Shown: one piece after another, positions 29,438 through 40,115 of the stretch
Layout of the letters: each line of letters opens with the position of its first letter
Position numbering within the stretch: position 1 is the stretch's first letter
Assembly (NCBI GenBank): GCA_943912755.1
Contig: CALTWF010000015.1
Coordinates: 6,065-70,064, forward strand
Reading direction: 5' to 3'
DNA: 64,000 nt
Source of the DNA: an uncultured Pseudomonas sp.
Lineage (GTDB): Bacteria; Pseudomonadota; Gammaproteobacteria; Pseudomonadales; Pseudomonadaceae
Notes under the pieces: generated by a model
What the model saw: only the letters and a program-made list of their open reading frames with translations
Told to the model about the DNA's origin: nothing
The model's database searches: none
Made by a program: the position numbers and the translations under genes

Positions 29438-30403
29438 TCAGCGCACCCGCGCCAAAGTAGCCGACGGCGCCTCGCCAAACACCTTGCGATAGTCACTGGC
29501 AAACCGCCCCAGATGCCCGAAGCCCCACTCCAGCGCCACGCTGGAGACGCTGGCCGAGGCGCCGCAATTGAGCAAGGCGCTGCGGGCGGCAGTCAGCCGG
29601 TGATGCTTGAGATAGGCCATCGGCGTCAGCCCGTGATAACGGCGAAACGCCTCGTAGAGCTTCTCCCGCGACACCCCGGCCACCTGCTCGACATCCTCAA
29701 GGCGCAACACCTCGCGGGCATGCTCGTGGAGAAACTGCCGGGCCCGCACCAGGTACTCGGGAAAGCGCTCCTGCCCGCCCCGCTCCAGCTCCGCCGTGTA
29801 GTTGCTCGGCTGGGCCAGCAGCAGGCCGCGGATCAGCAGGCTTTCCATGTCCCGGGCCAGGCGCGGCTGGCCATACAGCGCGCTCATCTGCGGCCAGTTC
29901 TCCAGCACCTGGCGGATGCTCGACCACCAGGCCGCCACCACCGCACAGCCGGTGTCCATCTCCGCACGAAAGCGGATCGGCTCGCCCAGCGGCCGCTGCA
30001 ACAGCGCTTCGGCAACTTCCTCCAGAGCCTGGCGGCGGATCACCACCTGGAGCTTTTCGCAGTCGCCGCCCAGTTCCAGCGAGTGCGCCTCCTGGGGTGA
30101 CACCACCAGGCCGCAGGCGACATCGGAACGCACCTGGGCCCGGCCGCTGCGCAGGCGCTGGCGGCCGCGCAACGGCAGGCTGATGCTGTAGGCGTCGAGG
30201 GAACGGATATCGATGCTCACCGCCGTGCCGTAGGCGATGCGCCCGAGCACCGTGCCGAGGGCCGGCAGGCGCGTGCCCAGGTGGCTGAAGCAGAGTTGCT
30301 CCGGATGCCGCGAGCGCAACTGGTGCGGGCCGCAGATCTCGCTCATCCATTGCTGGGCCTGGCCCAGTTCGGCGCAGCGGTTGTCCAGCGTGGCAGCGTG
30401 CAT
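29438..30403 (-). CDS. antR: AraC regulator of anthranilate dioxygenase
   Basis: ICGPH N-motif, WGFGHLGRFASDY; divergent from antA. Confidence 0.8.
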   Translation of the reverse strand: MHAATLDNRCAELGQAQQWMSEICGPHQLRSRHPEQLCFSHLGTRLPALGTVLGRIAYGTAVSIDIRSLDAYSISLPLRGRQRLRSGRAQVRSDVACGLVVSPQEAHSLELGGDCEKLQVVIRRQALEEVAEALLQRPLGEPIRFRAEMDTGCAVVAAWWSSIRQVLENWPQMSALYGQPRLARDMESLLIRGLLLAQPSNYTAELERGGQERFPEYLVRARQFLHEHAREVLRLEDVEQVAGVSREKLYEAFRRYHGLTPMAYLKHHRLTAARSALLNCGASASVSSVALEWGFGHLGRFASDYRKVFGEAPSATLARVR

Positions 30404-30612
30404 GGGCCTCTCCCTCCGGTTCGGTGGCGTGCCTCGATTGTCCGGGTCGAGGCAGCCTCGCCACTATCCATTTTGTGCAGCTATTTGCCCCGCCCTCATC
30501 CACCCGCTGCAACGCCGCAAGAAATGGCTGATCAACGCCCACTAAGTGGCTAGAGCGAGCCCGCCGCCAGCGCTTCAATCCGGCACAGAATCCCAACAAC
30601 GAGGACCGCCTG

Positions 30613-32001
30613 ATGAGCGCCCGCAGCCTGAGCCAATGGCAAGACTACATCCAGGGTTGCCTGGACTTCCGCCCCGTCGAGGGGGTGTATCGCGTCGCCC
30701 GCGATATCTTCACCGAGCCGGAACTGTTCGACCTGGAAATGGAGCTGATCTTCGAGAAACAGTGGATCTACGCCTGCCACGAAAGCGAAATCGCCCAGCC
30801 CAACGACTTCATCACGATGCGCGCCGGCCGCCAGCCGATGATCATCACCCGCGACGGCAACGGCGAGCTGCATGCGCTGATCAACGCCTGCCAGCACCGC
30901 GGCGCCACCCTGACCCGCCAGGGCGCGGGCAACCAGTCGACCTTCACCTGCCCGTTCCATGCCTGGTGCTATAAAAGCGACGGCCGCCTGGTCAAGGTCA
31001 AGGCCCCCGGCGAATACCCGGAAGGCTTCGACAAGGCCACCCGCGGCCTGCGCAAGGCACGGATCCAGAGCTACAAGGGCTTCGTCTTCATCAGCCTCGA
31101 CAGCCACGCCAGCGACTCGCTGGAAGACTTCCTCGGCGATGCGCGGATCTTCTTCGACATGATGGTCGCCCAGTCGCCCACCGGTGAGCTCGAAGTGCTG
31201 CCGGGCAAGTCCAGCTACACCTATGACGGCAACTGGAAGCTGCAGAACGAAAACGGCCTGGACGGTTATCACGTGTCCACCGTGCACTACAACTACGTGT
31301 CCACCGTGCAGCACCGCCAGCAGGTCAACGCCGAGAAAGGCGGCGCCAGCAGCACCCTCGACTACAGCAAGCTCGGCGCCGGCGATGCCGAGACCGACGA
31401 CGGCTGGTTCAGCTTCCACAACGGCCACAGCCTGCTGTTCAGCGACATGCCCAACCCCGCCGTGCGCCCCGGCTACGCCAGCGTCATGCCGCGCCTGGTG
31501 GAGGAATACGGCCAGGTCCGTGCCGAGTGGATGATGCACCGCCTGCGCAACCTGAACATCTACCCCAGCCTGTTCTTCATGGACCAGATCAGCTCGCAGC
31601 TGCGCATCGTGCGTCCCGTCGCCTGGAACAAGACCGAAGTCATCAGCCAGTGCATCGGGGTCAAGGGCGAATCCGCCGCCGACCGGCGCAACCGCATCCG
31701 CCAGTTCGAGGACTTCTTCAACGTTTCGGGCATGGGCACGCCGGACGACCTGGTGGAGTTCCGCGAACAGCAGCGCGGCTTCCAGGCCCGCCTGGAGCGC
31801 TGGAGCGACATCTCCCGCGGCCACCACCGCTGGAGCGACGGTGCCACGCCCAACAGCGAGGCCCTGGGCATCCGCCCGGTACTCACCGGCCGCGAATTCA
31901 CCCACGAAGGGCTCTACGTCAACCAGCACGGCACCTGGCAGCGCCTGCTGCTCGAAGGGCTGGCCCGCCGCGCCCTGCAACCCAAGGAGATCGAGGCATG
32001 A
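30613..32001 (+). CDS. antA: Anthranilate 1,2-dioxygenase large subunit
   Basis: Rieske CQH...CPFH; ENGLDGYHVSTVH mononuclear iron motif; QFEDFFNVSGMGTPDD. Confidence 0.9.
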   Translation: MSARSLSQWQDYIQGCLDFRPVEGVYRVARDIFTEPELFDLEMELIFEKQWIYACHESEIAQPNDFITMRAGRQPMIITRDGNGELHALINACQHRGATLTRQGAGNQSTFTCPFHAWCYKSDGRLVKVKAPGEYPEGFDKATRGLRKARIQSYKGFVFISLDSHASDSLEDFLGDARIFFDMMVAQSPTGELEVLPGKSSYTYDGNWKLQNENGLDGYHVSTVHYNYVSTVQHRQQVNAEKGGASSTLDYSKLGAGDAETDDGWFSFHNGHSLLFSDMPNPAVRPGYASVMPRLVEEYGQVRAEWMMHRLRNLNIYPSLFFMDQISSQLRIVRPVAWNKTEVISQCIGVKGESAADRRNRIRQFEDFFNVSGMGTPDDLVEFREQQRGFQARLERWSDISRGHHRWSDGATPNSEALGIRPVLTGREFTHEGLYVNQHGTWQRLLLEGLARRALQPKEIEA

Positions 32002-32489
32002 ACAGCGCCCTGCACTACGCCATCGAGCAGTTCCTGATCCGCAAGGCCGAGCTGTGCGACGCCCAGGACTGGGATGCCTACCTGGAGCTGTTCGACGCCG
32101 ACAGCGAATTCCACCTGCCGCAGTGGATCAGCGAGCACCGCTACGTCGAAGACCCCGACCAGGGCCTGTCGTACATCTACTACGCCGACCGCTCCGGCCT
32201 GGAAGACCGGGTGTTCCGCCTGCGTACCGGCAAGTCCGCCGCCTCCACGCCGCTGCCGCGCACCCTGCACCAGGTCACTAACCTGCGGGTCCGTGAGCTG
32301 GGTGACGGCGAGTACGAAGCCAAGGTGGCCTGGCACACCCTGTACGCGCGCCAGGGTGCCCACGGCAGCTTCTTCGGCCATGCCACCTACCGCCTGCGCC
32401 AGGCCGGCGAGGATTTGCGCATCCGCCGCAAGCATGTGCTGCTGCTCAACGACACCATCGACTCCGTGCTCGACTTCTATCACCTCTGA
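31998..32489 (+). CDS. antB: Anthranilate 1,2-dioxygenase small subunit
   Basis: GLEDRVFR.RTGKSAASTPLPRT, LDFYH. Confidence 0.9.
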   Translation: MNSALHYAIEQFLIRKAELCDAQDWDAYLELFDADSEFHLPQWISEHRYVEDPDQGLSYIYYADRSGLEDRVFRLRTGKSAASTPLPRTLHQVTNLRVRELGDGEYEAKVAWHTLYARQGAHGSFFGHATYRLRQAGEDLRIRRKHVLLLNDTIDSVLDFYHL

Positions 32490-32500
32490 GGGCCGCCGCC

Positions 32501-33532
32501 ATGACCCATAACGTTGCCCTCAGCTTCGCCGACGGCAAGACCTTCTTCATCACCGTCAAGCCCGCCGAGCTGCTGCTGGATGCCGCGCTGCGCCAGGGCA
32601 TCAGCCTGCCGCTGGACTGCCGCGAAGGTGTCTGCGGCACCTGCCAGGGGCGCTGCGAGGCCGGCCGCTACGAGCAGGAATACGTCGACGACGAAGCCCT
32701 CAGCGCCCGCGACCTGGCCGAGCGCAAGATGCTCGCCTGCCAGACCCGCGTGCAGTCCGACGCGACCTTCTACTTCGACCACGACTCCAGCCACTGCCAT
32801 GCCGGCGAACCGCTGCTGTTGCGCAGCCGGGTGACCGGGGTCGAGCTGGTGTCGGCCAGTACCGCGATCCTCCACCTGGATGCCGGCGCGCAGGCCGACA
32901 CCCTGCATTTCCTGCCCGGCCAGTACGCGCGGTTGCAGGTGCCGGGCACGGACCAATGGCGCGCCTATTCCTTCGCCAACCGGCCCAACCCCGGCAACCA
33001 GTTGCAGTTCCTTATCCGCCTGCTGCCTGACGGGGTGATGAGCAACTTCCTGCGCGAGCAGTGCGCACCGGGCATGGAGATGCAGCTGGAAGCGCCGCTG
33101 GGCAGTTTCTACCTGCGCCAGGTGGAGCGGCCGCTGGTGATGGTGGCGGGCGGCACCGGGCTGTCGGCCTTCCTCGGCATGCTCGACGAGATTGCCGAGC
33201 GTGGCGACTGCACCCAGCCGATCCAGCTGTTCTACGGGGTCAACCAGGAGGCCGACCTGTGCGAGATGGCCCGCCTGGAAGCCCTCGGCCAGCGCCTGCC
33301 GGGCTTCGAGTTCACCCCGGTGGTCAGCCAGCCCGGCGCCGGCTGGAGCGGCCGGCGCGGCTACATCCACGAGCACTTCGACCGCCAGCGCCTGGCCGCC
33401 ACGCCGTTCGACATGTACCTGTGCGGCCCTCCGCCGATGGTCGAGGCGGTGAAAGGCTGGGTCGCCGAACAGGCCCCGGCCGGGGTGCAGATCTATGCCG
33501 AGAAATTCCTGAAAAGCGCTACCCGACGTTGA
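32501..33532 (+). CDS. antC: Anthranilate dioxygenase reductase
   Basis: CREGVCGTC 2Fe-2S, RAYS, AGGTG, YLCGPP. Confidence 0.9.
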   Translation: MTHNVALSFADGKTFFITVKPAELLLDAALRQGISLPLDCREGVCGTCQGRCEAGRYEQEYVDDEALSARDLAERKMLACQTRVQSDATFYFDHDSSHCHAGEPLLLRSRVTGVELVSASTAILHLDAGAQADTLHFLPGQYARLQVPGTDQWRAYSFANRPNPGNQLQFLIRLLPDGVMSNFLREQCAPGMEMQLEAPLGSFYLRQVERPLVMVAGGTGLSAFLGMLDEIAERGDCTQPIQLFYGVNQEADLCEMARLEALGQRLPGFEFTPVVSQPGAGWSGRRGYIHEHFDRQRLAATPFDMYLCGPPPMVEAVKGWVAEQAPAGVQIYAEKFLKSATRR

Positions 33533-33566
33533 ACCCCGAACAATCACAACAAGAGAGGCAAACACC

Positions 33567-34475
33567 ATGACCGTAGCCATTTCCCAACAGGCCGAGGTAC
33601 AGCAGTTCTTCGAACAGGCTGCCGGCTACCGCAACGACGACGGCAACCCGCGGATGAAGCGCATCGTCCTGCGCGTGCTGCAAGACGCCGCGCGGCTGAT
33701 CGAGGAGTTGCAGATCAGCGACGACGAATTCTGGACCGCCGTCGACTACCTCAACCGCCTCGGCGGGCAGAACGAGGCCGGGCTGCTGGTGGCCGGGCTG
33801 GGCCTGGAGCACTTCCTCGACCTGCTGCACGACGCCCGCGACGCCGAGGCCGGCCAGGTCGGCGGCACCCCACGGACCATCGAAGGCCCGCTGTACGTGG
33901 CCGGCGCGCCGCTGTGCGAGGGCCAGGCGCGGCTGGATGACGGCAGCGAGGACGGCCACGCCACCCCGCTGTACCTCGAAGGCCGGGTGCTGGACCTGGA
34001 CGGCGCGCCGATCGCCGGGGCCATCGTCGACCTGTGGCAGGCCAACACCAAGGGCAACTACTCGTACTTCGACCAGAGCCAGTCCGAGTACAACCTGCGC
34101 CGGCGCATCGTCACCGACGCCGAGGGGCGCTACCGCGCGCGCAGCATCGTGCCCAGCGGCTATGGCTGCAACCCGCAGGGCCCGACCCAGGAATGCCTCG
34201 ACCGGCTGGGCCGCCACGGGCAACGGCCGGCGCATATCCACTTCTTCATCTCGGCGCCGGGGTATCGCCACCTGACTACCCAGATCAACCTGTCGGGGGA
34301 TCAATACCTGTGGGATGACTTCGCCCATGCCACCCGCGACGGGCTGGTGGGTGAGGTGGTGTTCCGTGAAGGCAGGGCGGACATGCTGTTCGACTTCCAG
34401 TTGCAGCAGGCTGCCAGTGCCGACGATGAACAGCGCAGCGGACGGCCGCGGGCGTTGCAGGTGCAGGGCGCCTAG
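33567..34475 (+). CDS. catA: Catechol 1,2-dioxygenase
   Basis: GTPRTIEGPLY, GYG, RPAHIHFF. Confidence 0.93.
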   Translation: MTVAISQQAEVQQFFEQAAGYRNDDGNPRMKRIVLRVLQDAARLIEELQISDDEFWTAVDYLNRLGGQNEAGLLVAGLGLEHFLDLLHDARDAEAGQVGGTPRTIEGPLYVAGAPLCEGQARLDDGSEDGHATPLYLEGRVLDLDGAPIAGAIVDLWQANTKGNYSYFDQSQSEYNLRRRIVTDAEGRYRARSIVPSGYGCNPQGPTQECLDRLGRHGQRPAHIHFFISAPGYRHLTTQINLSGDQYLWDDFAHATRDGLVGEVVFREGRADMLFDFQLQQAASADDEQRSGRPRALQVQGA

Positions 34476-34476
34476 G

Positions 34477-34839
34477 CCTCATCGTCGGCAACGCCGACTC
34501 CCACAGGGATCTCAGCTAGCCACAAGACCTGTGTCCGACACAGACACTGTGGGAGCTGGCTTGCCAGCGATGCGGCCAGTCGAGATAAAGAGGTTGCCCG
34601 CTCCGACCTCATCGTCGGCAAGCCGACTCCCACAGGGACCTCGGCAAGCCACAGGATCTGTGTCCAGCACAGCCCCTGTGGGAGCTGGCGTTGCCAGCGA
34701 TGAGGCCAGTCGAGACAAAGAGGTTGCCCGCTCCGACCTCATCGTCGGCAAGCCGACTCCCACAGGGACCTCGGCAAGCCACAGGATCTGTGTCCAGCAC
34801 AGCCCCTGTGGGAGCTGGCGTTGCCAGCGATGAGGCCAG
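34477..34839. repeat. Tandem REPIN/BIME array (three units, 130-bp period)
   Basis: Units start at 34477, 34607 and 34737; each holds an inverted REP pair; units 2 and 3 are near-identical. Confidence 0.9.
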
Positions 34840-34856
34840 CACAGCCAACAAACCTC

Positions 34857-36272
34857 TTACCGATCGAAATACCGCGCAAGGTTCAACAACCCCTCCGCCT
34901 GGCGCTTCAGTTCATCCCCCACGCCCTGCGCCACCCGCGCCTGCCCGGCACTGCGGCCCAGGGCATCGACATTGCCCTGCAACTGCTCATCCAGCAGCTG
35001 CACCACCTGCTCCTGCTCATGCATCGCCACGGCAATCTGCCGGCCCAGGCTGTCGACACCATCCAGCTGCCCGGCCACCGAGGCCAGCGCTTCGCTGACA
35101 CCCTGCACCTGCCCGGCACTCACCCGCGCCAGTTCCTCGCACTGCCGAGCCACCTCGCGGTTGCGCCCGTTGGCCTGCTGCAAGCGCTCCAGCAACGGGC
35201 GGATCCGCGCCGTGGCGTCCTGGGTGCGCGCCGCCAGTTGCCGCACTTCGTCGGCCACCACGCTGAAGCCGCGCCCCGCCTCACCGGCCCGAGCCGCTTC
35301 GATGGCGGCATTCAGCGCCAGCAGGTTGGTCTGGCTGGCAATCGCGTCGATCAGGCTGGTGAAACCAGCAATGGCCTCGACCTCCGCCGCCACCTCCTGC
35401 ACCGCCCGGCTGCTGGAGTGGATCGCCCGCTCCAGGGTGCCCAGCGCTTCGTGGGCAGCACGCGCCTGCTGCTGCCCGCCACTGGCCTGCACATTGGCCT
35501 CGCCAGTGGCCTGGCTGGCAGTCTGCACATTGCGCGTCACTTCCTGGATGGTCGCCGCCAGTTCATGCAGGGCGGTCGCCACTTGCTGGTTGGCGTCGCG
35601 CTGCTGGTCGAGCTGCAGCGCTTCCTGGCGGATCATCCCGGCCATGCCCTGCGCCTGCCCTTCGAGCCCGACCCCGGCACTGCTGATGCGCAGCAGCGCC
35701 GCCTGCAAGCGCCGCTCCTCACTGCGCAAGCCCCAGGCCACCCGGGCCAGGGCAGGCTCGCCGCCGAGAAAGCCGGCCAGCCAGGGATCGGCGCAGACCT
35801 TGGGGTGATCGTCGAGCAAACGCGCGATACGCCGGCGCAACAAGGCTTGCGGCAAGGCGCCGGAAACCGCCGCGGCCAGCCAGCGCCACCAGCGCGCACC
35901 GCCCGGCGCGCCATGCCGGGCAATCCGCCGGTAGCCCCGGCGCACGCCCTCGATGCGCGCCGCGTCCAGCGCCGTCAGCACCGCCCCGTAACCGGTGATG
36001 CCCGCAGCCCCATGCACCGGCTTGATATACAGTTCCAGCCACAGCTCGGCGCCATCGCCGCGACGGTGACACACCGGCCCCAGCCATGGCCGGCCGCTGG
36101 CCAGGGTCTGCCACAGGTGCTCGCTCAAACGCCTGGGCACCAGCGGGTGCAACAGCTCATCCAGGTGGACCGGCTGCGTGCCGGACAACCCGTGGGCCAC
36201 ACGAAAATCCTCGGTAAAGAACTGCAGCCGTCCCTGTAGATCGGTACGGCAGATCAACCCATCGAAACTCAT
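34857..36272 (-). CDS. Aer-like PAS methyl-accepting chemotaxis protein (divergent)
   Basis: N-terminal Aer-type PAS (TDLQG, HP..P, LWQTL.SGRPW.G); [34 protein letters not shown] signalling domain. Confidence 0.85.
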   Translation of the reverse strand: MSFDGLICRTDLQGRLQFFTEDFRVAHGLSGTQPVHLDELLHPLVPRRLSEHLWQTLASGRPWLGPVCHRRGDGAELWLELYIKPVHGAAGITGYGAVLTALDAARIEGVRRGYRRIARHGAPGGARWWRWLAAAVSGALPQALLRRRIARLLDDHPKVCADPWLAGFLGGEPALARVAWGLRSEERRLQAALLRISSAGVGLEGQAQGMAGMIRQEALQLDQQRDANQQVATALHELAATIQEVTRNVQTASQATGEANVQASGGQQQARAAHEALGTLERAIHSSSRAVQEVAAEVEAIAGFTSLIDAIASQTNLLALNAAIEAARAGEAGRGFSVVADEVRQLAARTQDATARIRPLLERLQQANGRNREVARQCEELARVSAGQVQGVSEALASVAGQLDGVDSLGRQIAVAMHEQEQVVQLLDEQLQGNVDALGRSAGQARVAQGVGDELKRQAEGLLNLARYFDR

Positions 36273-36343
36273 GGCAAACCTCAAAAAAAAGGCCTGCCAG
36301 CGAAGCACAGGAATCTACCCATCCCGACCGAATGGCACGCCCC

Positions 36344-36415
36344 TGTGGGAGCGGGTTCACCCGCGATTGCGTCAGTGGATTCACCACAGCAATCGCGGGT
36401 GAACCCGCTCCCACA
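36344..36415. repeat. REPIN (inverted REP pair)
   Basis: TGTGGGAGCGGGTTCACCCGCGATTGC and its reverse complement. Confidence 0.85.
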
Positions 36416-36498
36416 AGTCCGTGCTTGATCAAGAAAAGTAGATGCCCCCATGCACCAAGGGCAGGCCAAACACTGAACCAGGCGCGCACTCGCCTCGA

Positions 36499-37431
36499 TC
36501 AGAAGTGGTGGATGTAACGCACCTGCAGCCGCGAGCCGTCCGGACGGTTTTCCACGTCCTGCTCGAAATAGGCGTTGAACACCAGGTGGTCGTCCTTGGA
36601 AAAGCTGTACATCGCCCCCGGCCCGATCGCCCAGACCTTCTCCCGGCGCCCGGACACTTCGTGGCCGTCCACCCTGGTGTCGCTGATCTGCTTGAGCCAG
36701 TAGCCGTTGACGCCCAGGCGCAGCTGCGGGGTGACCGCGTATTCGGTGGCGAAGTTGGCGTGCAGGGCCTGGCCGGCCTGGATATCGCTGGCGTCGCCGA
36801 AGCCGTAGTTGGGGTCGGTGTTCTTGAAGTTGTACAGGTAGTGGGCGCGCAGCGACGCGGTCCAGTTCGGCGTGAACCAGTAGGTCGCCGCCCAGTACGG
36901 GTTGAACGACACCGCGTTGTTGCCCGGGTTGATGTCCTTCTTGTCGCTGTACTCACCGGTGGGCAGGTTGACCTGCAATTCGATGCGGTGGACGAAGCGC
37001 GGGCCGTCCTTGCCCATGATCGGGTCGAACTGGATGAACGGCCCGATCAGCCAGTCGCCTACCCCGCCCTGGTCCTTCAGCGCGGCGTTGTTCAGGCCGT
37101 CATCGACCTGCATTTTGGTAACGATGGGCAACACGGTGTTCAGGCCGAGGCTGGCGTTGCCCAGGCGCAAGTCCGAGAGGTAGCTGACCTGGGTCACCGC
37201 CACCTGGTAGTCCAGCTCGGTCTTGGGCAGGCCAAGCTTGTCGCCGTTCTTGTCCACCAGCCGGTTCGAGCTGTAGTTCTGGAAATACTGTTGCAGGTAC
37301 CAGCCCGGCCCCGCCGGCAGGCCGCCGTCGAGAAAGCTGGTCAGGCCGAGGTTGACCACCGGCAGGTCATAGGCCTGGGCGGCACCGCTGCCGAGCGCGA
37401 GGGCACAGGCGAAATAACGGAGGTTGTTCAT
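36499..37431 (-). CDS. iifE: MetA-pathway/SphA-type outer-membrane channel (IifE-like)
   Basis: Signal peptide, NLGLTSFLDG, PTGEY, C-terminal F; last gene of the iif operon. Confidence 0.75.
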   Translation of the reverse strand: MNNLRYFACALALGSGAAQAYDLPVVNLGLTSFLDGGLPAGPGWYLQQYFQNYSSNRLVDKNGDKLGLPKTELDYQVAVTQVSYLSDLRLGNASLGLNTVLPIVTKMQVDDGLNNAALKDQGGVGDWLIGPFIQFDPIMGKDGPRFVHRIELQVNLPTGEYSDKKDINPGNNAVSFNPYWAATYWFTPNWTASLRAHYLYNFKNTDPNYGFGDASDIQAGQALHANFATEYAVTPQLRLGVNGYWLKQISDTRVDGHEVSGRREKVWAIGPGAMYSFSKDDHLVFNAYFEQDVENRPDGSRLQVRYIHHF

Positions 37432-37470
37432 GCTGCAAGGCTCCTAATGTTGTTTTAGGTGGCAGGAGAC

Positions 37471-38013
37471 TCAACGGCCGAGTTCGGGGTGCGCGATGGC
37501 GACCCGGTACTGCCCGGCGTGGAAGACCAGCGGTTCTCCGCCGCTGTGTCGGTAGTGCTCGATCTCGCCGAGGAAGATCAGGTGGTCGCCGCCCTCGTAC
37601 TGGGTCAGGTTGCGGCACACCAGGGTGGCGATGGCGCCATCCAGCAGCGGCACGCCGGCAGTGGCCTCGACATGCTCGATGCCGGCGAACTTGTCCGCCG
37701 CCGGCCGCGCAAAGTGCCCGGACAGGCCGTGCTGGTCGCTGCCCAGCACGTTGATGGCGAAGTGGCTGGCGGCGAGGAAGTCGTTCACGCTCGGCGCCGT
37801 GCGCGCCAGGCTCCACAGCACCAGTGGCGGCTCCAGCGACACCGAGGAAAACGAGTTGGCGGTCATCCCCACCTTGCGCCCGTCGGCGCCGCGGGTGGTG
37901 ATCACCGTGACCCCGGTGGCGAACTGCCCGAGCAGGTTGCGCAGGGCCCGCGGCTCGCTGCCGTCGGCGGCGATCAGGTCGCCGGGCAAATGCATTGCGT
38001 TCATGCTCATCAC
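37471..38013 (-). CDS. iifD: Flavin reductase component of indole oxygenase
   Basis: LGQFATGVTVIT, ANSFSSVSLEPPL, GGDH. Confidence 0.82.
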   Translation of the reverse strand: MMSMNAMHLPGDLIAADGSEPRALRNLLGQFATGVTVITTRGADGRKVGMTANSFSSVSLEPPLVLWSLARTAPSVNDFLAASHFAINVLGSDQHGLSGHFARPAADKFAGIEHVEATAGVPLLDGAIATLVCRNLTQYEGGDHLIFLGEIEHYRHSGGEPLVFHAGQYRVAIAHPELGR

Positions 38014-38016
38014 TCC

Positions 38017-39255
38017 TCAGGCCGCTTGCGCGCACAGCTTGTCGACGAAGGCCTGGCAGGCCTGGGCATCGAACCACCACGGGGCGAAACGGCGCGGATC
38101 GTCGAAGTTGTTGGCGATGACCGAGGCCAGCGCCTGGGACTGGCCGGCGGCGCCAAGCAGGTTGAGCAGGTGCTCGGGCGGCGGCAGCAGCATGCTGTTG
38201 GTCCAGCCGACCACGTGCTGGGCGTAGTCCCAATAGCGCTCGAAGGTCTGCTCCATCCACTGGCTAGTGAAGGGTTGGTCGCCGTGGGCGAGGATCGCGT
38301 CGAGGTAGACCTTGCTGCACTTGGCGGCGTTGTTGGAGCCCTGGCCGGTGATCGGGTCGTTGACCACCAGGGCATCGGCCATACCGAACACCGGCAGGCC
38401 CGACGGCAGTTCCAGCACCGGCTTGCGCACCATCGGCGTGAAGCGCCCGGCGAGCACGCCGCCGGCATCGGTCAGCTCGACGTTATGGCAACGCTCGGCC
38501 TCCCACGGCACGAAGCGGCGGATGATTTCCAGGCTGCGTTGCAGGTGCTGCTCGGGGGTCTGCACGTCCTGCCAGCAGTCCATCGGACCACCGGGCACGC
38601 CTTCGAACACCATGATTTCGCACGGCCCGCTGAGGGTCAGCGCGGGGAACACGAAGTACTCGCCAACCCCGGGAATCAGGTTGAAGGCCACCCGCGAATA
38701 GGGCGACATCGGCGTCATGCCCTTCACGTAGGTCAGGGCCAGGGCCCGTTGCGGCTGGCTGAAGCGGGTGCGCTCGGCGTCCTTGGGGAACTGGTTGACG
38801 ATCTCGCCCTTGCCGGCGGCCAGCAGCACCAGGTCGTGGCTGGCGGCCAATTCTTCCAGCTCCTTGATGCCGACATCGGCGATGTTCAGCTCGCCGCCAC
38901 GGCGGACGAACTCGTCCATCCACGCCGGCATCTTCAGGCGCTGGTCGACGGCCTGAGCGTAGCGTTCCAGGCGCGCGCTCCAGTCGATCAGCTTGCTGCC
39001 CGGCTGCTCGGGATCGGGCACGCTGAGGCCGATGCCTTCCACGGCCGGGCACTGTTCTTCCCAGAAATTCAGGCCCAGGTCACGCTCGGTCTGGAGCGCG
39101 GTGTTGAACATGCACTGGCTGGACATCACCTTGCCGGCGCGGATCTGTTCAGCGGTGCGGTTGGTGGTGATGCTCACCTGGTAGCCCCGGGCAAGCAGCC
39201 CGAGGCCCAGTTGCAGGCCGGCTTGGCCGGCTCCGACGATGGCGATGCGACGCAT
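38017..39255 (-). CDS. iifC: Styrene/indole monooxygenase (StyA-family oxygenase)
   Basis: IVGAGQAG, SSQCMF, AVDQR, NDPITGQGSN. Confidence 0.85.
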   Translation of the reverse strand: MRRIAIVGAGQAGLQLGLGLLARGYQVSITTNRTAEQIRAGKVMSSQCMFNTALQTERDLGLNFWEEQCPAVEGIGLSVPDPEQPGSKLIDWSARLERYAQAVDQRLKMPAWMDEFVRRGGELNIADVGIKELEELAASHDLVLLAAGKGEIVNQFPKDAERTRFSQPQRALALTYVKGMTPMSPYSRVAFNLIPGVGEYFVFPALTLSGPCEIMVFEGVPGGPMDCWQDVQTPEQHLQRSLEIIRRFVPWEAERCHNVELTDAGGVLAGRFTPMVRKPVLELPSGLPVFGMADALVVNDPITGQGSNNAAKCSKVYLDAILAHGDQPFTSQWMEQTFERYWDYAQHVVGWTNSMLLPPPEHLLNLLGAAGQSQALASVIANNFDDPRRFAPWWFDAQACQAFVDKLCAQAA

Positions 39256-39326
39256 GGCGTGTCTCCTGTTGTTCGATTGTTGTTTTGCGGAAAGGAAGGC
39301 GCCCCGCACGCGCTGGAAAAACCCGT

Positions 39327-40112
39327 TCACTCGGCCAGCCGCGGGATGGCCGGCACGTTGCGTTCCGGGCCCATCACCGAGTAGCCGCCGTCCACCGCGT
39401 AGTCGGCGCCGGTGACGAAGCTGGCCGCCGGCGAGCAGAGGAAGGCCACCACCTGGGCCACCTCGGCCGGATCGCCCAGGCGCCCGAGCAGGTGATAGTC
39501 GGCGGCGACCCGGTCGGCCTTGTCGCGGTCGCCGCCGCTGACCTCGGCGATCACCCGCGACCAGGTCCAGCCCGGCGACACCGAATTGACCCGGATGCCA
39601 TCGGCGGCCAGGTCCATGGCCATGCAGCGGGTCAGTTGCTTGATCGCCGCCTTGGACACCGGATACAGCCAGCGCCCGGTCTGCGCGCAGCCGGCGGAAA
39701 TCGAAGTGAAATTGACCACCGTGCCGGCCGTGGCCTTGAGTTCCTCGTGCAGAGCGCGCAGCAACTGCACCGCCGACACCAGGTTGATATCCAGGGCGCG
39801 CAGCCACTCGCTGCGGTCCGAGGCCAGGCCCTGGTCGAGGTAGCTGCACGCCAGGTTGACCAGCATGTCGACCCGGCCCCAGCGCTGGGTCAGCGTGCCG
39901 ACAGCGTCGCCGATGGCCGCGTCGTCGGTCAGGTCCAGGGCGACGAACAGCCCCGCCTCGCCGAAGCGCGCCGCCACTGCCTCGCCCTGCGGATCGATAT
40001 CCAGCAGCGCCACCTTCGCCCCGGCGGCCACCAATGCCTCGGCCACCGCCGCCCCGATCAGGGTCGCGCCGCCGCTAATCACCGCCACCTTGCCTGCCAG
40101 ATTCATGTTCAT
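39327..40112 (-). CDS. iifB: SDR dehydrogenase (indoline-2,3-diol dehydrogenase-like)
   Basis: GGATLIG, YPVSK catalytic motif, SPGWTWS. Confidence 0.82.
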   Translation of the reverse strand: MNMNLAGKVAVISGGATLIGAAVAEALVAAGAKVALLDIDPQGEAVAARFGEAGLFVALDLTDDAAIGDAVGTLTQRWGRVDMLVNLACSYLDQGLASDRSEWLRALDINLVSAVQLLRALHEELKATAGTVVNFTSISAGCAQTGRWLYPVSKAAIKQLTRCMAMDLAADGIRVNSVSPGWTWSRVIAEVSGGDRDKADRVAADYHLLGRLGDPAEVAQVVAFLCSPAASFVTGADYAVDGGYSVMGPERNVPAIPRLAE

Positions 40113-40115
40113 GGC

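Noticed and set aside
34477..34839. Possible CRISPR array
   Set aside because: Units are REP inverted pairs with near-identical intervening sequence, no unique spacers, and no cas genes
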